Origin: Eledone cirrhosa
Lineage: Eukaryota
Direction of reading: 5' to 3'
DNA: 64,000 nucleotides
NCBI GenBank assembly: GCA_964016885.1
Contig: OZ024741.1
Coordinates: 329,096,001-329,160,000, forward strand
Position numbers and translations under genes: made by a program. Shown piece by piece: positions 38,609 to 50,162 of the stretch. Position 1 is the stretch's first letter; the number at the start of each line of letters is the position of its first letter. Below the pieces are notes generated by a model that was not told where the DNA came from, ran no database searches, and saw only the letters and a list, made by a program, of their open reading frames with translations.

Positions 38609-38990
38609 TTTTTTTCTCCGCAGATTCGTCTGTTTTTATTTTAATTTTTCCTTCCCTCTCTATGACGTTAGTTGGGAAGGAAGGGGGGGACTAAAGCGTG
38701 CGAGCTTACAACTCTTACCGCTGTCCCCCCACCAGTATTTTCGTTCGCTGCGTTTAACATTTCTGTTAGACGATTGAAATTTTTTTGCCACAAAATTTTT
38801 TAAAACAGGTTTTTCACCTCTAGGAGGGGTAAAGATGAGCTGACCCACCGCCTGACAGTTCAGACGGGGGTCAAGCTACACAATTGTATCAAAATTAAAT
38901 TTGAACTCACAAAATTTCCGCAATAAATTTGAACAAAACTTCTGCGCGAAGTGAATTACATCCACACTGTAGAACAGACGACAGCTAGAT

Positions 38991-39060
<70 letters not shown>
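38991..39060. repeat. (GATA)n microsatellite separating LINE A and LINE B
   Basis: About 17 perfect TAGA/GATA units. Confidence 0.95.
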
Positions 39061-39079
39061 TGTTTCACATAGATAGATA

Positions 39080-42000
39080 TATTTGTCCCCTTCTTTTGTG
39101 CCACAGGGGCACAAAAGAAGGGGACAAATACAAAGGGGGAAGTTTACATACAATAAAAACGTGTAAAATACTATCACAAATGCAATTTAAAAAACAATCG
39201 ATTTTCCCCAATAGGGGGAAACATTACATATGGGTACACATACCCCCGAAAGAATGTGCAACCCTTATTTCTTGGAGTACGAAGAGTTGTACCCCTTTCC
39301 CCTCTTCCTCTTTTTCCTCAACCTACATTCTCGCTACTTTCACCCACCTTTCATAAAACTTGCTGGGGTACAGCACCTCTCTCTCCATCCTGATTCTTCT
39401 CCCAAAGTGGTATTTGAAAAAAAGAATCAGTTGTTGGCCGCAGAGAAAGGTGTCTGACCTCAGCCCTTTTAACCTCGTCCACCATTCAACCTCTTTCGCC
39501 ATAGCTATCACACAGCGGAAAACCGCCTCTCCTTCGTTTTCAAAGGAGGGTGGCGGTTTGATCATGACAATGGACTCGGTGGTCAACCAGATTGGTCCCA
39601 GCCGCGACATTAATCGTTCTACATAGCCCCATAGGTCGGTAACGCCCAGGCAGTGTACGAATGCGTGCGCGACGGTTTCTTTGTCTCGCACGCATCTCGG
39701 ACAGATCTTTTTCGAAGGGTCCCTACCCGGGCGCCCGTGTCTGTAGAGCTTGTCTCGAACTGGTAGAGCTCCTCGGTAGCACTGCCAGGCCAGGGACTTT
39801 TGAAAGTTGTCCATCGGTCCCGAACGGAAGGTCCTACCGAACAGACTGGCCAGTTCGTCTTCCTCTACGCCTAGAGTTTCTCCGAGCGCGTCGTCGCACT
39901 TGCTGCAGACCAACCCTCTATAGAATGACGAAGTGGAGTCTCCACTGATCGCCGGGTCCGCCTGCCAGAGGGCTGCACGCGCCTGAGCACATTCGATGTG
40001 CCAGACGCCCATTTTCCTCGGTATTTTCTTGACCCAGGACTGCAGCTCGGTCAGCGAGACGAGTCGTGGGAAAGCACGCCTCACGAACGGGGCCCACACC
40101 GGTTGTCCGGTGAGGAATACGTGGAAGTGCCGCAGCCTTAGCGCGTGTTTGCGCATCGCCAGCCACGGCATCCCCAGCCCTCCGTTGGAAGCAGATGGAT
40201 CTTCTCACCAAAGGAGCCCGCTTCTTTCAAAGGAATTGGAAGAGCGCGCTTCCATTTTGGTGAACGTTTTGGCTGGACAAGGCATGACGGTCAAGCGGTA
40301 GTAGATGACGGACGCTATAAAAGTGTTCGCCACCTCCGCTCGACCTTTCAAGGATAGTTTGCACTCGGCCCACTTCTGGGTGAGCGCAAACACTTTGGCC
40401 GTCACCTCGTTCCAATTCTTCTCCACCTGGAGGTCAGGACCAAACCAGACCCCGAGCAGCTTTACCGGTCCTTCCGTCCAGCGTCCGACGACGTCATCGG
40501 AAGGCATCGGTTTGCATCGCCACGATCCGAGTTGCAAACCGACGGATTTGTCCCGGTTCAGCTTCGCTCCTGTGAAACTTTCGTATTCTTCCACTAAGGT
40601 GCCGATCTCCCCGATTTGCGAGGTGCTCGACACCATTACTGTCACGTCGTCGGCCTAGGCCGGCACCGCTTTCTGCAGTCCCGGTTCCAGAGGGATGCCC
40701 TGCAATAGCTCCAACTTTCGCAGTAGTGGCTCGAGAGTCAATACGCACAGAAGGGAGGAGAGAGGGAATCCCTGTCGGATGGATCGCGTGATATGGAACG
40801 GCTCCGAAAGGTAGCCGTTCACCTTGACCCTTGAGCAGTTGTTGCTGTTGTGCATTGCAGCAATCCAGCCCCTGAACACGGGACCGAAGCCTGCCGCCTC
40901 GAGCACCGCATCCAGGTAACGATGGTCAACCCTATCGAAAGCCTTAGACTGATCCAAGTTGATCAGGGCTCCACCGAAGCCGGCTTTACACCCTATCCTC
41001 TCTATGATGTATCGCATGAGGTGGAGGTTGTCGTGTATGGACCTGGTCGGGATTGCGCATGTCTGCGCTTCTCCCACCAGGTTTTCGACGACAAGCCCCA
41101 GACTCTTTGCCAATACCTTGGCCAAAATCTGTAACTCTGTGTTGAGCAGAGTTATGGGCCGGAAGCTGCCTATGTCATCCCCCTTGTTCTCGTCCTTCCT
41201 GACTAACGTGATTACGCCCTTGGTCACAGAACTGGGAATTGTCCCGTTCTGCTGCCATTTGCAGTAGACCGCTTCCAGGAGACCGGAGAACAAGTCCGGC
41301 ATTGCTACGTAAAATTCGTAGGGTAGACCGTCGAGACCTGTAGATTTGCGTTTGTCGCATTGGCTCAGCGCGTCCCCTATCTCAGCGGCCGAAATCGGCC
41401 TTTCGCAGAACTTCGCCTCGCTGTCCGAGAGTCGCGGTCGGCCGTCGAGGTATGGACCGAAATCCATAGGCCCTCCCGGCGCGCCGCCCTGCCCGAACAT
41501 TTGAGCAAAGTGCCGCTGAAAGGCCGCGCACATTTGCTTCGGCTCACGTATCACGCGTCCGTCTTGGTCCTTCAAAGACCGAATCGTGGACTTGTTGCCA
41601 CTTTTCGCCTCCGTCACTCGGGCCCAGCTAACAGCTTTGGCTCCCTCGTTTCCCAGAGCACTTATTTTGCTTCTGACAACGCAGCCTTCATACTTTGCGT
41701 CGAAGAACTAGTCCAAGGCCGTTCTCGTCGCTAGCACGCTCGCTACCTTGCCACTCCTAAGTGCCTCTTCTACTTTATCTACCAGTTACTTTTCGGTCTT
41801 ATTTCTATCTAACACTAATTCTTTACTAAAACCTATAGAGTCTAATCTAACTGCCCTCTTGAGAGAGTACCACCATCTGGTGTTGACAATGGCCCCCGTC
41901 AAGTGCTGCTTAACTAAAGTCCTAATCCGTCTACTGTAGGCTTTGCATGTCTGTAACGACAAGTTCAGCTTCCAGTAGCCGGGTCCCTGTCTATGGGTTT

Positions 42001-44930
42001 TGTCAAGGTTGACTAAGCAGGTCACTAGTTTGTGACATGAACATTTGTGGACAGCTTAACATGTCCCTATCCTTCTTTCTAACTAGAACCCTATCTAGGT
42101 ACGATCTAAATTTTCCGCCACGATTAGTCCACGTCTACAGTGGCACAGCCGGAAAATCTACTCAATATTTATCGGCCAGGTCAAATCGGCCGATTAACTG
42201 TTTGAGGCTGTTACACCCCCTCTATCGGCACATGCTCCCACATAGTCCCAACGTGCATCTAGGATTCCATTCCAGTCCCCCACTAACAGCAGGGAGCGGG
42301 ACGTTCCCAGAAAAGTCTATAGACGTTTGAAGAAGTCTGGCCGTGGTGTCCCGGATGGAGCATATGCGGCCACCAGTCTGAAGGTTCCACCTTTACTACC
42401 GTCAACGTCTAGGACCACCAGTCGACCCTCCGGGTCCAGATGTACCGTCTGTGTTACGAGGTCCAGGTGTTTCCGCAGCAAAATGGCAACCCCATCACCA
42501 CCTCCCGGCTGACAGAGAGATGCGTAGATCTCAAAGTCGTCGAGGATGGGGGCCAGTTGTCGCTCGCTGTGTATCCTGGACTCGCAAATGGCTACTACAT
42601 CGATGCTGTGCGACCTGAGGTTGTTTAAGAGTTTGCCCTGTTTCCAGGGCATCTCCAGGCCGCGTACATTCACACATCCAACTCTTATATTGGCCATGTT
42701 GGTGCTGAAAAGTTAACAGAAGAGGAAAAGAAATCACTCACCTCTTCGTCTCCTGGGGACTAGGCTGCACAATTTCCATGGGGGTGTTGGAGGGGTTGTT
42801 TGGTGGGGTGGTGGTCTCTGGAGGGGTGGGCACAGAGATGTTTGGTGGGTAGGGGGTGCCTGGTGTGATGGGGGTGCCTGGTGGGGAAACATTTTAACAG
42901 GACTCGATTGTAGGGTTTGGCGCAGGGGTTACCTACGTCGTTAGGAAATTTTTCTTTCAGCTGTTTATGTGTGTCCATGGAGGTCCTAAGCATTTTAAGA
43001 TTAGGACTCTCCGAAGAGTGTGTAAAAGTTTTCCCTTCGGTCTCCACCGAAGGGTTTTTATATATGGCGTCTGTTAAAGTTGTATTGTTAGTATTTATGT
43101 AGGTGTAACATTTTTTGTTGTGTTGGGTTGCTTTTTGTCTGTGGTTCTTGTGTATGTTTACGTTTTGTAGTAGGTGTTTTGTTTTCAGGAGGGGGTGTTT
43201 TTGTTTGTGCTGTTTGCGTCGCTTGTATTGGTGTTTGTGTGTTTGTTGAATTTTTGTTAGTGTTATGTCTTTTCTTTTTCTTTTTACTGGTCGGAAAGGC
43301 TCTCCCTCATGGGTGACGATGATGAGGCCTCATCCGTGTTGTTGGGGAGGGGTACGTTTTGGGGAACTGTTATGTGTGTGGGTGTTTCTGGAGTTGTTTT
43401 AGGTGGGGAGGGTTGGGTGGGACTGTGTTTGTCGTTTGTTTTGTTGTCACTATTTTTTTATGTTGTTGTTGTTGTTGTGGTGGTGGTGGTGATTGTTGTG
43501 CTGGTGTTGCAGGTGCTGGCAGTGGTGCATTTTTTTGGCTAGTTAGCCGAGGACAGGAAACTCTCAGGTGACCCCTGCTTGAGCAGTGGTAACATGAGGG
43601 CCGCCTACCTTCGACCGAAATGTTTATGTCTATAAGCCCATCCAGCAACACACCTTCCGGGATCCTATCTATTCGTTCTGGTGTCATTTGGACCAGAGCT
43701 TCCAGGCTAGTTCGCTGAACAGGTCGCCGGAGGACTTACCTAGCGATATTATATGGTCTGTTTCGTGGTTTAAAAATCCACATAGTACCCACCAAATGTC
43801 AATATTTGGTGTGATACTTTGGATTTTTATTTTCTGAGTCCTTTACCCCATGTAAGTGGGGGAAAAGGTGAACAGCGGTGACACAATTGGCGACACAAAA
43901 TATTTCTGTGCCGTCAATTGGTCTTTCATTAGAATGGATAAACTCCCGTAGAGTCTACCTTTCTGAATAAAAGCAATGTCTTTTAAGGCATTTTTTAAAA
44001 CCAACTCAATTTCGCCTTGTGAAAGTTTTCGTGTTTTATTTGAGATCGTCCTGAAAATCACAGTTTTCAAGACAGCTTCTCTTCGCAAATCTGGGGGAGA
44101 GTTTATGGAGAATGATCCGTTCTCCCCAAAAGTTACATATTGTCTGGCGTTATTCAAAAGCTCATTTGCATTTGAAATATCTACCGGAGTGTAGCTTATC
44201 GTTTTCTTTACGGTTTGCACAAATGATATTTTGTCGTTTACTTCCTTGTTGCAGTTATTGGTTTTGTTGTTGTTATTATTGTTCTTATTGTTGATGTTGT
44301 TTTCGTTTATGTTGGTTGTGGTTTTGTTGTCGTTGTTGTTCTTCTTGTTCTCGTTGTCACTGTTGTTGTTGATGGCGTTGTTTTGGTTTGTGCCATTCAC
44401 GGATTTCGTGTTGGTGGTGCTGGTGTTGTTGTCAGGGTGGGTTTTAAACATATCGAAGTGTTTCAACGAGGCGGTGCGAGCTGCTTCTTGGCTTGACAGT
44501 TTTACCGTCCCTCCACCACCCCTGTCTAATTGTTGGCTGACAGATTTTATGTTGTTGTTTTTGTTGCTGTTGTTGTTACTGTTGGTGGTGGTGGTGATAG
44601 CAACAGGCAGACAGCCTTCACCTGCTACCAGTGCTGTGGAAGGTGATATTAACAGCTCATCTCCACAATTCTCTGATGTGTTTTTTGTGAAGAGGTGGTC
44701 AAAGAATTTGGCCATTTTGGCTATATTCAAATTCCGGTAGAAATTTTGTGGAATTTCTCCGTTTTTCGCCCTGATGGGCTTATTTGGGGTTGCTACCATC
44801 TACAAAGTGTAGGGTAGCAGCTTATCTACAAAATGGTGTAAGAATGTAGATTCAGTTAATGCGATTTCCAATGATATTAAAACATTTACTCACCAGCGCG
44901 TTTTCCACGTGTTAGACAGAATCCGATAGC
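39080..44930 (-). mobile_element. L1/Tx1-clade LINE B, full length, degenerate, flanked by (GATA)n
   Basis: ORF1 44799 to about 42738 (frameshifted; ISVEGRRPSCYHCSSRGHLRVSCP). ORF2 42697 to about 39323 (GCVNVRGL, ICESR, PGYWKLN, LDQSKAFDRV; YADD destroyed by TAG at 40655; CPRC...ETVAHAFVHC). 5' end TCTAGCTATCG next to GATA repeats at 44931-44944. Confidence 0.9.
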
Positions 44931-44944
44931 TAGATAGATAGATA

Positions 44945-45815
44945 TGTTTCTTTATTTGCCACAGGGGCGTTCAAGAATGGGACATTACAAGACGTGACGG
45001 CGGGGGATTTACATAAAATATTTAACAATGATGAATAACAATAAACTATATATAAAATAAAACAATCGAAATCCCCATTAGGGGTGGGGGTGTTACTGCG
45101 AGGTTGTTTTACACTCCGTCGATAGAACAACCCTCAACACCAGGAACACGTTTTGTAGGTGTTCCTGTCTTCCCTCTGTTTATCTTCCTCAACGTACAGG
45201 TTTATATACAGAGAAGGCCCATTCACACGGGCCATTTTCGCCACATTCACCCACCTTTCAGCGAATTTACTGGGGTGTAGCACCTCTCTCTCCACTCTCA
45301 TCTTCCTTCTGAAGTGGTACTTAAAGAAGGGGATGAGTTGTTGTCCGGAGAGAAAGGTGCTTGCCCTCAGTCCTTTTAACCTCGTCCACCAATTACCTCT
45401 TTCAACATAGCTACCAGACAGAGGAAAACCGCCTCTCCTTAAATGAAGGCGGCGGGGTGATCCTCACGATAGACTCCGCTGACAACTTGATGCGTCCCAC
45501 ACGTGACAGTAGCTGTTCAACATAATTCCACAGGTCGGTCACCCCTGGGCACTGAACAATTGCGTGCAGAACGGTTTCGATGTCCTGCTCGCATATTAGA
45601 CAGTCCTTTTGGCAGGATCCCTGCCAGTGCGTCTGTGCCTGTAGATTTTGTCCCGAACTGGTAGAGCTTCCTTGGTAGCACTACCAGGTCAGAGACCTCT
45701 GGAAGTTATCCAGACTGGTCAATTCGTCCTCCTCGACGCCTAGATTTTCCCCGAGAACGTCGTCGCAGTTATCCTCCACTAATCCCCTATAGAATGTCGA
45801 AGTGGAGTCTCCGGT
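44945..45815 (-). mobile_element. L1/Tx1-clade LINE C, 5'-truncated
   Basis: GDSTSTFYRGLV...LGENLGVEEDELTSL, DNFQRSLTW and 3' AAATAAAGAAACA; GATA repeats on both sides (44931-44944, 45816-45828). Confidence 0.85.
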
Positions 45816-45896
45816 GATAGATAGATAGAGAATGTACAGCTTACATATAATGTTCACATATTTCAACGTCATATTGAGAGATATATTATTTGTGTT

Positions 45897-45989
<93 letters not shown>

Positions 45990-46068
45990 CCATATATATA
46001 TATACACACACATATGTATATACATATATATATTTATATATACACACATATATATATATATATATATA

Positions 46069-46720
46069 AAAGTATAGTCCGACCGTATGCCAGTGTGGTT
46101 CAATGGCAAGTTAATAAATTGACAAGCCAGAACATATAAAATCAAGGGAAAGCAAATGGGATCTGAAACCGCGGTAAAGGCACATATAGTAAGTACAGTG
46201 AATTTTGGGAAATTTATTTTAAAATGTTTTCTTTATTTGCTTTCCCTTGATTTTATATGTTCTGGCTTGTTAATTTATTAACTTGCCATTGAACCACACT
46301 GGCATACGGTCGGACTATACTTGTATTCCTATGTGTGTTATTTACATGTAGGAACACATACTTGTATTATTATTCTCCCCAACGGTAGAGCAACTTTTGG
46401 TCATTTGAACGGCTGCTATTTTTAGTAGCAAGAGATTGACCTGTCCACCTTGCTTTCAGTCTTTGCACACGGTATAAGACAACATTATTTCATCATTCAT
46501 TTGCTGGGGCAGTTTTGTATGGCGCCAGTTTGTAATTCGAACTCGGGTATTTTATATTCTCCGAGAGAAAAGCTTTCTGACGAGGATCTCTTTCTCAATG
46601 GAAATCCGCTTGGATTATCTATTTGTTTGGGATCTGAAACCGCGGTAAAGGCACATATAGTAAGTACAGTGAATATTTTGAAATTTATTTTAAATTTTTT
46701 TCTTTATTTGCTTTCCCTTG

Positions 46721-46725
<5 letters not shown>
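46069..46725 (+). mobile_element. Penelope-like pseudo-LTR cluster: inverted partial copy plus two tandem pLTR segments
   Basis: Inverted arms 46069-46158 and 46236-46322; direct repeat GGGATCTGAAACCGCGGTAAAGGCAC...CCCTTGATTT at 46158 and 46629; homologous to 9716-10226. Confidence 0.7.
46572..46652 (+). ncRNA. Minimal type I hammerhead ribozyme
   Basis: GCTTT CTGACGA GGATCTC ... GGGATCT GAAA C CGCG GTA AAGGC; predicted cleavage after A46647. Confidence 0.82.
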
Positions 46726-46765
<40 letters not shown>

Positions 46766-47709
46766 GCAAGTTTACGATCCTGTGTGTCCGCCTAAAACTA
46801 GCAAAGTACCGGACCAAACTCCTCAAAATTACATGGACAGGTAACGCCCGAAAAAGTTTTACTTTGCAAAGCAAGGAATTCATTTAAATTTAATTTATCT
46901 TATTTTCTAATGAATAGCAAAAGAGATCATCCATTTTGTTTTTTATGTTCTCCAGTCTGTAGATAAGAGAGTGGGGGGTGGGAGAGAGAAAGAGATAGAG
47001 AGAAAGGGATGAGAGAGAAAGAGAGAGAGAGTGGGAGATGGGAGAGAGAGTAAGGGGATGAGAGAGAAAGAGAGAGAGAGTGGGTGGATGGGAGAGAGAG
47101 AGTAAGGGGATGTGAGAGATAAAGAAAGAGAGTAAGGGATGAGAGAGAGAGTGGGAGATGGGAGAGAGAGAGAGGAAGGGGATGTGAGAGAGAAAGAAAG
47201 AGAGTTAGGGGATGAGAGAGAAAGACGATGAAAGAGAGAGAGGGAAAGTAACAAGTGTTCTTAACTTTTATTTATTTATTATTTTTACACACTTTTTAAC
47301 TCTCCCGCTTCCTTAACGCTATTTATCTTTTCTTTATTTTTTGTTCTTTATTCCGTAGAGAGAGGGGGGGGTGAGAGAGAAAAAAAGAGAGAGAAAGTAA
47401 TGAGAGGGGAGAGAGAGAGGGAAAGTGGCAAGCGTTCATTAACTTTTATTTATTTATTATTTTTACACACTTCTTAACTCTCCCAATGTTATTTATCTTT
47501 TATTTATTTTTTGTTTGCTATTGTGTAGAGGATGAGCGAGAGAAAGAAAGAGAGGGGATGAGAAAGAGAAAGGGAGTGAAGCGGATGGGGGGGGGAGACA
47601 ATAAGAAAAGAGAAAAGATCGGAGAGAGAAAAAAGTAAAGAGACAGGAGAGAGGGAGGGTGATTGGAGGGATTCTTTAACTAACACGTGTCCGCGTTTAT
47701 ATATATATA

Positions 47710-48767
47710 CTAGCAGAGGTACCCGGCGTTGCTCGGATATTAAATAGCAGTTGTGTATACCATTTATGTCAATACTTCAGTGCTGCTTCGAAAACTATAC
47801 TTTTACAAATTCATCGGCTTTTTCCAAAAGGGGATTCCTGCCCCCAGGGGTCCCCTACCCAAAATGTGCCGATTCTGAGAGTTAACATTCATCTGTAGGA
47901 CAAACGTAGCCCATGTGTCAAGTTTTGTGAAAATCGGTTGCGAACTCCAGAAGTTATGACGTTTTGTTGCATTGCACTGCAGTGCTTCAGTCGACTCCAA
48001 GGAAGTGGTTAAAGTGGTTAAAGGGGTTATCTGCCGGGGGGCCCTATAATCAATATCTGGAAAAATGACAGTGCCCATGACCATCCGGAGTACATAAGTA
48101 ACCTATGTCTTAAGTTTGGTGAAAATACTGTAGAAATGCATAAGGTTTATACATACGCGCGTGCGTTCGTGTGCGTGGGGGGGGCGGTATTTGTGTGTGC
48201 GTATGTATGTGTATGTCCGTCGGGGCATACGTATGTACTGGCCTAAATCTTCACGATTTACTTTTACTTTTTTAATAACCTCTGTCATTTTCGTTTTCAA
48301 TTTTAATTACATCATTCTTAAACTCTGGGGCTGGAAATCATTCTGTTATTTTAAATAGAATATTAGTCTAACGACTCCATTATACGATAAATTTGGTCTT
48401 GTCTTTGCATAAAATTGTTCTTCACGTGCCACATAATGACGTATTATCCTCGCTTTTTTCCCGTTCATTGCCAGGGAACGTCTTCACGAACCAAAATATC
48501 CTCTTCCTGTTTTCGTTCGGTTGCAACGTTTCTAGAAATATTTACTTCTGCGTTCACAGATTACTCTCAGTTCAATTTGAATGGGAAATTCCTATTTCAT
48601 CGATTTTCTCCGTAACCAAGCTTGTAGCTTGAAAGTCAACCCAACGCCTCTTAGGCTCATTCTGCATGACTGTGTAAATTTTCGCTGCATTACACCAAAC
48701 AGTTTCGACGTTTATCCGACTACACTTACATATACAACGTCCGACCACTTCCAATTTATATAGTAGA
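47710..48767 (-). mobile_element. Non-autonomous Helitron, reverse orientation; may extend to a second 5' end at 49665
   Basis: Minus-strand 5' A|TCTACTATATAAA at 48767; 3' CCGAGCAACGCCGGGTACCTCTGCTAG|T at 47710, close to the terminus at 9180-9206. Confidence 0.72.
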
Positions 48768-48916
48768 TTTGTTTATATCTACAAAAAAGAAAAGTACAAA
48801 ACTATACATGAATTGTTTCTACTAAACAATTTAAGACACAACCTACATATTTGATAGGACTCCAGCTCACGCCTTCTTCTTCTTTCTTCTTTCTTCTTTC
48901 TTCTTTATCTTCTTTA

Positions 48917-48947
<31 letters not shown>

Positions 48948-50162
48948 TTGCTCCTCCTTGAACATTGGGCTGTGAGTCACCCCCACACAACGCCATGTTC
49001 TGAGTCTGCTTTTCAACTCCACTGTGATGCACGGTGCGTCCTGGTGTATCTAACCATTTTTTTAGGTCTTACTACGGTTGATTTCTTCCAGAAAGAAAGA
49101 GATGGAAAAAGGCAGAGAAGATTCATCCCCGGAGGAATAATAAAAAATGTTTACACTGCACATTTCATTTTTTCAAAGCTAAAGCTGCCGATCCAAAATC
49201 AGTAATTCAACTCCCTGAAAACTTTCAAATATATGCTGTTCTAGCATGAATATTATGCTATAGGGCAGCTTTCCACAAAGTAAGATTTACTTGCATATCC
49301 CCGCTCATATAAACACATAAATACATGCATACATACATTACAGTTGATACGTTTTTTTATTAAAGCGTTTTCATATTATATATATATATATCTATTATTT
49401 ACTGCTTTATTTGTATGAAATTGTAAATAAGACAAAAGTATTAGAACAGGGGGAAATAACTCACCGAACGCGATAGTAAATAGATTGTTTGGGGGCCCCA
49501 GGGACCACATTTTTAAAGTTAGAGATTTGAAACCTCGTCTATTTGCTTCCTTGGCACTTTTTACATAGGTGTGTAAATGTTCATGTCCGTCCGACCACGT
49601 CTATTACCATTTAACCGTGCACATCTGAATTTCAACCACCACCCATTTCACAAATATATATTAGATTTACACACACATATGTGTGTGTTTTAGGGGGGAG
49701 GGCGTTCTTTAGCAGACGATATATGTTACCATCAAAGCTTATTTTCTACATATGTCTAAAGAAATCACAGATGCTTTTATAGAAGTTGTATGTATGTATG
49801 TTTTTAAGAGACAAAAAAAACGGTATTTTTAAAAGATATTATTTGAATATATTATTTTCCGCTGTTATTTGAATTAACACAGAAAATATTTTTCTTGTAA
49901 TGTTTGTCGTTTTTTTGGATACAATCTGAAATCTCAATATTTTCTACATATGTCTAAAATTAATTACACCTAATATACATTCATATAAAGAGATAATTTA
50001 AAACAACTTTACTGAGTGAACAATACATTCTATAGTTGTTTCTATTTCGGAAAGAGTGTGGTGTGTAATAATTGTTTCTACTTTTGGCACAAGGCCAGCA
50101 ATTATTTCAGTGTATTACTGGTACTTTATTTTATCGTGTGGTGTGTAATAATATCACTTCAA

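Larger units (their letters stand above)
33180..38988 (-). mobile_element. L1/Tx1-clade LINE A, full length, flanked by (GATA)n
   Basis: ORF1 with CCHC knuckle plus ORF2 APE-RT-CCHC. The 3' end AAATAAAGAAA runs into (TATC)n at 33155-33178; the 5' end TCTAGCTGTCG abuts (GATA)n at 38991-39060. Confidence 0.92.
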
